DNA from: Candidatus Lloydbacteria bacterium
GTDB taxonomy: Bacteria; Patescibacteriota; Minisyncoccia; Phycocordibacterales; UBA6899
Assembly: GCA_043744595.1 (NCBI GenBank)
Contig: JAYTVK010000075.1
Coordinates: 1 to 60,096 of the forward strand
Reading direction: 5' to 3'
DNA length: 60,096 nucleotides
Shown: positions 55,479-60,096 of the stretch, in pieces
Layout of the letters: every line of letters begins with the position of its first letter
Numbering within the stretch: the stretch's first letter is position 1
Notes under the pieces: generated by a model
Seen by the model: the letters and a program-made list of their open reading frames with translations, nothing else
What the model was told of the DNA's origin: nothing
Databases searched by the model: none
Program-made: the position numbers and the translations under genes

Positions 55479-56468
55479 ATGTCAAAAGTCCGAGTTGGTG
55501 TTGTGCGCGGAGGCCCTTCGAGTGAATATGCAGTGTCTCTCAAAACCGGAGAGAATGTACTCAAGCACCTCAACAAAGAAAAGTACGTCACGCACGATAT
55601 CTTGATGACCACACGCGGTGAGTGGTACATGGACGGAGTGCGCACTGACCTCTCGACCATCGATCACAATGTTGATGTGATCTGGAATGCGATGCACGGC
55701 ACTTTCGGAGAAGACGGAAAAGTACAGCAGCACTTCGAGTCGTACGGTATTCCGTATACAGGCTCGAACGTGCTCGCATCTGCCATCGGCATGCATAAGG
55801 GACTTGCGAAAGACAGATTCGTCGAAGCGGGTATTCTTGTGCCATATGGTGAAGTCATCCCCGGAAGCGAAAATATGTTCGAGGTTGCATTTGAGCTGTT
55901 CCGCAATCGCCACATGCCGGTCATCGTCAAACCTGTATCCGGAGGCTCATCGGTCGCGACTCGCATCGTGCGCACCTATGACGAACTCAGGAGTGCTCTT
56001 GTCGAAGCGAGCAAATACGGTGATATACTCGTCGAAGATTTTGTCGAAGGTAAAGAAGCCACCGTGTGCGTGATCGATAGTACGAAAACAGGGGAATACT
56101 TCGTGCTCTATCCAATAGAAATAGTACCGCCGGAAAAAAGCGCATTTTTTGACTATGATGCGAAGTATTCCGGCGAGAGTGCGGAAATAGTTCCCGGTAG
56201 GTTCACACTCACCATCCACAGTATGTTGCGCGATCTTGCCATCAAGTCGCACAAAGCCATCGGCGCACGTCACTATTCACGCTCAGACTTCATCATCACA
56301 CCTGAGGGAGCGATATATTTGCTCGAAATAAATACCTTACCCGGACTCACCGAGCAATCACTCCTTCCGAAGGCACTCAAAGCCGGTCATGTCGATTTCT
56401 CTGATTTTCTTGATCACGTCATTACACTAGCGATGAAGAAGAAGCAGGTCGCTGCTGTCCCTTCTTAA
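55479..56468 (+). CDS. ddl: D-alanine--D-alanine ligase
   Basis: GGPSSEYAVSL, HGTFGEDG, ATP-grasp, LEINTLPGLT. Confidence 0.9.
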   Translation: MSKVRVGVVRGGPSSEYAVSLKTGENVLKHLNKEKYVTHDILMTTRGEWYMDGVRTDLSTIDHNVDVIWNAMHGTFGEDGKVQQHFESYGIPYTGSNVLASAIGMHKGLAKDRFVEAGILVPYGEVIPGSENMFEVAFELFRNRHMPVIVKPVSGGSSVATRIVRTYDELRSALVEASKYGDILVEDFVEGKEATVCVIDSTKTGEYFVLYPIEIVPPEKSAFFDYDAKYSGESAEIVPGRFTLTIHSMLRDLAIKSHKAIGARHYSRSDFIITPEGAIYLLEINTLPGLTEQSLLPKALKAGHVDFSDFLDHVITLAMKKKQVAAVPS

Positions 56469-56560
56469 AAGTAAGCGGGGGGTGGAAAAAATTTCTATGC
56501 TGTGTATAATGGCTTTCATTGCGCTGAATGGTCTGTGCAATTGAAATTTAAAAGTTTCTT

Positions 56561-56584
56561 GGGCCTATGGCTGTCTTGGTAGAT
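56561..56584 (+). repeat. Degenerate copy of the first 24 nt of tRNA-Ala
   Basis: GGGCCTATGGCTGTCTTGGTAGAT compared with GGGCCTATAGCTCAGTTGGTAGAG: 19 of 24 identical. No downstream anticodon arm or T-arm. Confidence 0.55.
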
Positions 56585-56634
56585 AACAGAAGGCCGAGTA
56601 GAATGTTGTAGAAGCCGAAGAGCACAAATTTATA

Positions 56635-56707
56635 GGGCCTATAGCTCAGTTGGTAGAGCAGCGCATTTGCAATGCGAAGGTCTGCGGTTCGAATCCGCAT
56701 AGGTCCA
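56635..56707 (+). tRNA. tRNA-Ala (anticodon TGC)
   Basis: Acceptor GGGCCTA/TAGGTCC with the G3:U70 identity pair. D-arm GCTCAGTTGGTAGAGC. Anticodon loop TTTGCAA. T-arm TGCGG-TTCGAAT-CCGCA. CCA not encoded. Confidence 0.9.
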
Positions 56708-56718
56708 CAAACGTTAAG

Positions 56719-56743
56719 AAAATCTGCCCTGCGGCAGATTTTT
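56719..56743 (+). terminator. Intrinsic terminator after tRNA-Ala
   Basis: aaaatctgcc-ctgc-ggcagatttt followed by T. Confidence 0.7.
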
Positions 56744-56991
56744 AGTTTGTGGAAGGCACAGCGATGTTTCGGCACCAGCCGAAACCGCGAGCCGGGGTCG
56801 CGAACACTTACATTTTCTGGTGTGCAAGTAACATCAGAAAATGTAGTGATTCGTGACCACTCTTAGTTTTTTACCCGCCACGGTAGGTGGCGAATCCGCA
56901 AAGAAGAAATCTAAAAGACTTACTGACTCCCGACCACTCTTGAGAATCAATTTTTGTCCGCACACCCCCTCACTTGAACCCAATATCTGAT

Positions 56992-57021
56992 AAAAAAATG
57001 CCCCGTGCAATTGCATGGGGC
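56992..57021 (-). terminator. Intrinsic terminator of the LysM-SLT gene
   Basis: The minus strand reads gccccatgcaattgcacggggc followed by ttttttt. Confidence 0.7.
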
Positions 57022-57038
57022 GGATTCAGTTCGAGGAT

Positions 57039-58217
57039 CTAGTCCTCAGTGTCGTCTGCGGCATTTGCCGCGCGAGAAATTACTTCAGTACCAGTGCTTT
57101 TCGAGGAAGCATAACCTTTGTGCATGATGTCGAGCACTGCAAGGACCTTCTGGACGTAGTCGTGTCTGCGCGGGTCATACCCGGGCTTATACAACCACGT
57201 GCGGTCGATGTGCTTCGCCACATTCGTGTAGGGGCCGGCATTGTAGCCGATGAGCCCGCGCAAGTGTTGGTCAGCGAGACCGGCGAACAACCTAGTGTAC
57301 GCAGAGAGCACGCGTATGCCGCCGAAAATGTTCTCGCGCGGATCGTACATATTGCGTACACCGAAGTGTTTCGCTGTGGGTGACTGCAGCTGCGTGAGAC
57401 CATGACAGTCGGTTCCGGCATTCCATGCCGTCGGTGAGCCGCTCGACTCAACGTCGATAAAGGCTACTGCAATGTCATACGAAAGACTCGGATCAATTTC
57501 CGCGATCGCATCGCGAATGTGCTGCCCGAAGTATTCTTCGATGCATTTGGTGCGGATGACGATCTTCTGCACCTGATCCTTGATCTTCCACACGACTTTT
57601 GCGCAGTCACCTTGAAATACGGCGACCGATTGAGCTACACGAGCTGGCATTGCGGAATCACTCGCGGGGACGGGAACAAACTGCTTGTCCCGAGAAGCGA
57701 CAACACGAGGCGTGTTGTGCACCTCCGGAGAAGCTTTCAGCTTCGCCGTCTCCGGAGTACAGTGCTCCACCTTCTTCAGCTTCAAAAGCTGGTTTGGGTA
57801 GATGTTGTCTGGATTCGCGATGTGATTGGTCGCGGCAATGTCGGGGTAGTCAGTACAGGTGCGACGCGCGATCCTGATCAGTGTGTCGCCGTCCTTGACC
57901 AGATAGTCGAAGAATTCGGTTACTGCGGCATCTTGCACCGCATCTGACGGTGCTTTGCTCACAACCGGTGTGAGTACCTGCGAAGCCACAGCCGTTTGAA
58001 GGGCAATAGCTTTAGCGGGGACAGCGGGAGTGACAAATCCTGACACAGGAAGCTGGCGGTGTGCCGGCTTCATTGCGAACATCAACGTGACGAAGATCAC
58101 CGCCACTACGCCAAGGCTCATCGCAAGCGAGAGCAAAAGCAAGTGGAAATTGGTGAGTGTGACGGGAGAAGAATTTTTCTGCCCGTCGCGTGTCGCGATA
58201 GGCTTTCTTTTCATCAT
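57039..58217 (-). CDS. Membrane-anchored LysM plus lytic transglycosylase (SLT) protein
   Basis: LysM (YLVKDGDTLIRIARR..NPDNIYPNQLLKL) and SLT (DVESSGSP, HGLTQLQ, GYNAGP). Confidence 0.8.
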   Translation of the reverse strand: MMKRKPIATRDGQKNSSPVTLTNFHLLLLSLAMSLGVVAVIFVTLMFAMKPAHRQLPVSGFVTPAVPAKAIALQTAVASQVLTPVVSKAPSDAVQDAAVTEFFDYLVKDGDTLIRIARRTCTDYPDIAATNHIANPDNIYPNQLLKLKKVEHCTPETAKLKASPEVHNTPRVVASRDKQFVPVPASDSAMPARVAQSVAVFQGDCAKVVWKIKDQVQKIVIRTKCIEEYFGQHIRDAIAEIDPSLSYDIAVAFIDVESSGSPTAWNAGTDCHGLTQLQSPTAKHFGVRNMYDPRENIFGGIRVLSAYTRLFAGLADQHLRGLIGYNAGPYTNVAKHIDRTWLYKPGYDPRRHDYVQKVLAVLDIMHKGYASSKSTGTEVISRAANAADDTED

Positions 58218-58350
58218 CAGTTTCTCCTCAGTTACAAAGGTGTTGAAGTTATTCTCAAATCAAAGAGCAAGCCTAGATTCTACTCACTAAAACCATTTCT
58301 GTCAAATATCGCTAAGTCGAACAAAGGAATAGGGTACGACTGCGATTCGA

Positions 58351-58379
58351 TTTCAACAAATCGTATTCTGTGTTATGAT
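58351..58379 (+). promoter_or_regulatory. Sigma-70-like promoter upstream of the leader ORF and ABC exporter
   Basis: TTTCAA, 17-nt spacer, TATGAT. The leader ATG lies 10 nt downstream of the -10 element. Confidence 0.45.
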
Positions 58380-58388
58380 GAAGGTATT

Positions 58389-58508
58389 ATGAATATGAAA
58401 CACATGATGTTTATGGCGCAAACGCTATTCTCTCGTTCAAGCGAGGCGTATTCACTCATCTCGGGATACATCTCCCAGCCGGCGGAAACTCAGAAGCAGA
58501 GCGCATAA
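58389..58508 (+). CDS. Candidate 39-aa Met-rich leader peptide
   Basis: MNMKHMMFMAQTLFSRSSEAYSLISGYISQPAETQKQSA. Only this tail of ORF 58059..58508 lies outside the antisense gene. Followed by a hairpin at 58527-58552. Confidence 0.3.
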   Translation: MNMKHMMFMAQTLFSRSSEAYSLISGYISQPAETQKQSA

Positions 58509-58598
58509 CAGGCGTTCGACAAGAGTGAATCCGGCACACACTCCGGATGTTCTATTATCTTACTCCCTCTACTACCCCTTTCTTTAAAGGAAATACCT

Positions 58599-60096
58599 AT
58601 GACCGATCACACAACACCGACCAAGAAAAATCAGAAATCATACCCACAGACTTCGACCGCACGCGATGTGGTGCGATTGTATACCCAGAAACTTACTTCG
58701 TATAAAGCAATGTTGCTTATTGTGCTCGCGAGTATTGTTACCACAAGCACGATTGCTGTCATCGTACCGCTCTACTACAAGAAATTCTTCGATATTGTGG
58801 GCGGAACTCCTCTTGATGTGACGCTGCGCGCAAATGCCGGAACACAGCTCGTACATATTATTGTTATTGTACTTGTGTTTCATCTCTTTAATTGGGCTGC
58901 ATACCGGTTCATGGCCTTCTGCAACTCACTCCTCCAGGTAAAGGTGATGGCCCAGCTCAAGCAAGATGCGTTTGATTACCTCATGAGGCACTCATACAAT
59001 TTCTTTACCAACAATTTCACCGGCTCACTGGTGCAGCGTGTCGCAAGACTTGCGCGCGGATTCGAACGTCTGGTTGACCGCATGATCTTTGATGTATTAC
59101 CGCTCGGGATACAGATCATTGGCACAACCTTGATCTTGTGGAACACCCATCGATTACTGGCGCTCATCATTCTCGCATGGACGTGTGTCTTTTTGTTGTT
59201 CAATTATTTGTTTGCACGTTGGAAGCTCAAGTATGATCTTGCAAAAGCCGAGTCAGACTCGCGTACCACCGGAGTTTTGGCAGATACACTGACAAATCAA
59301 TCGACCGTACAGTTGTTCCACGAATATACTTCAGAGGCGAAGCGGTTCAAGGAAGTCAGCAATGCCCAGGCCGATATCACACTCTTCACATGGAATCTCA
59401 ATAACGTCTTCGATTCACTACAGGGACTTCTGGTGGTAGCCATCGAGTTTGCAGTATTCTTCATCGGCATCCGCTATTGGCAAGAAGGCTCGTTCACCAT
59501 AGGTACCTTCGCGCTGCTACAGGCGTATATCATCTCACTTGGTGACAGGCTGTGGAATTTCTCACGTGTCATCCGTGACATCTATGAGAGTTTCGCAGAT
59601 GCCAAAGAAATGACCGACATTCTGAAACTTCCCTACGAGGTGAAAGATGCTCCAGATGCAAAAGACCTCGCAGTCACAAAAGGAGAAATCGTGTTCAAGA
59701 AAGTAGAATTCTTCTTTCAGCCGACACAACGCATCATCGACGATATGGATCTTGTCATCAAGGGAGGCGAGAAGGTCGCACTGGTCGGGCCATCAGGCGC
59801 CGGCAAGTCAACCTTCGTGAAGGTGCTCCTGCGTCTCTATGACGTGAAGGGAGGTGCTATCGAGATAGACGGCCAAGACATCGCTACGGTAACGCAAGAA
59901 AGTCTGCGCAAGCAGATCAGCTTCGTACCGCAAGACCCGGTACTCTTTCATCGCTCACTCAAAGAGAACATTCGCTACGGCAGACCTGATGCTACAGACG
60001 AAGAAGTGTTTGAAGCAGCGAGACTCGCACACTGCAAAGAGTTCATCGATGCGCTTCCTGACAAGTATGAAACATACGTCGGTGAGCGCGGCGTGA
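58599..60096 (+). CDS. ABC exporter subunit (TMD-NBD), 3'-truncated by the window edge
   Basis: This reading frame, open to the window end, is absent from the ORF track because it has no stop. SD AAGGA upstream of ATG 58599. 6-TM domain. Walker A GPSGAGKST. Q-loop FVPQDP. Confidence 0.85.
   Translation, partial: MTDHTTPTKKNQKSYPQTSTARDVVRLYTQKLTSYKAMLLIVLASIVTTSTIAVIVPLYYKKFFDIVGGTPLDVTLRANAGTQLVHIIVIVLVFHLFNWAAYRFMAFCNSLLQVKVMAQLKQDAFDYLMRHSYNFFTNNFTGSLVQRVARLARGFERLVDRMIFDVLPLGIQIIGTTLILWNTHRLLALIILAWTCVFLLFNYLFARWKLKYDLAKAESDSRTTGVLADTLTNQSTVQLFHEYTSEAKRFKEVSNAQADITLFTWNLNNVFDSLQGLLVVAIEFAVFFIGIRYWQEGSFTIGTFALLQAYIISLGDRLWNFSRVIRDIYESFADAKEMTDILKLPYEVKDAPDAKDLAVTKGEIVFKKVEFFFQPTQRIIDDMDLVIKGGEKVALVGPSGAGKSTFVKVLLRLYDVKGGAIEIDGQDIATVTQESLRKQISFVPQDPVLFHRSLKENIRYGRPDATDEEVFEAARLAHCKEFIDALPDKYETYVGERGV

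Noticed and set aside
1-56707. The idea that the two tRNA genes bound a genomic island.
   Set aside because: The interval is almost the whole window and is full of core genes (uvrABC, ddl, pgi, folA, thyA, tgt). No integrase or other mobility gene is present.
58059-58388. The upstream 110 codons of ORF 58059..58508.
   Set aside because: It is antisense to the 5' end of the LysM-SLT gene and runs through its promoter region. Only the last 39 codons lie downstream of a promoter-like element.
1-60096. CRISPR arrays, IS elements, prophage or classical defence systems (RM, TA, Cas, abortive infection).
   Set aside because: I saw no regularly spaced direct repeats and no transposase, integrase or recombinase motifs. 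I also saw no methyltransferase/endonuclease pairs or toxin-antitoxin-sized gene pairs with recognisable folds.
1-60096. Alternative genetic code (UGA recoding), as in some candidate phyla.
   Set aside because: Conserved genes (uvrA, uvrB, pgi, thyA, ddl) are full-length and uninterrupted under the standard code, and several end in TGA at the expected position.

Overview
The window is 60,096 bp of compact, gene-dense bacterial chromosome, roughly 50% G+C by eye. I support about 58 protein-coding genes, 2 tRNA genes (tRNA-Gln-TTG at 75-145, tRNA-Ala-TGC at 56635-56707) and several intrinsic terminators. I found no rRNA, no CRISPR array, and no recognisable transposase, integrase or phage gene. 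All family calls come from motifs read in the supplied translations; no database search was run.

Content from left to right:
1. A zinc-homeostasis divergon at 475-9059. It holds a ZIP transporter, a Fur-family (Zur-like) repressor with two palindromic boxes, znuACB, three YibE/F paralogues (one frameshifted in a G6 run), and a GC-rich two-gene Cys/His orphan cassette.
2. Small housekeeping and unknown genes: HIT, DUF4260, VOC, and an MliC-like gene fused to an asymmetric heterodimeric ABC exporter.
3. Two paralogous ECF-sigma plus 3-TM partner modules with secreted DUF5666 and YHYH proteins.
4. A run of membrane-anchored or secreted hypothetical proteins: GT2 synthase, lytic transglycosylase, CcdA.
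5. A glycogen/glucose operon: GT4/5 synthase, GH57, GH15, pgi, ROK kinase.
6. Nucleoside 2-deoxyribosyltransferase (NDT)-like gene, folA, thyA, then tgt.
7. uvrB, a FIST / histidine kinase / REC-REC cassette, uvrA, an orphan gene, and a compact leaderless uvrC.
8. ddl, tRNA-Ala, a LysM-SLT gene, and a leader-ORF-preceded ABC exporter that runs off the end of the window.

The gene content and the many small anchored orphans resemble Patescibacteria/CPR-type genomes. That is inference only.

The candidates I consider most worth follow-up:
- the Zur-centred divergon with its uncharacterised members
- the sensory cassette embedded in the uvr genes
- a 121-nt structured element in a convergent intergenic region
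- the leader ORF upstream of the terminal ABC exporter
- the tRNA-fragment repeats flanking both tRNA genes
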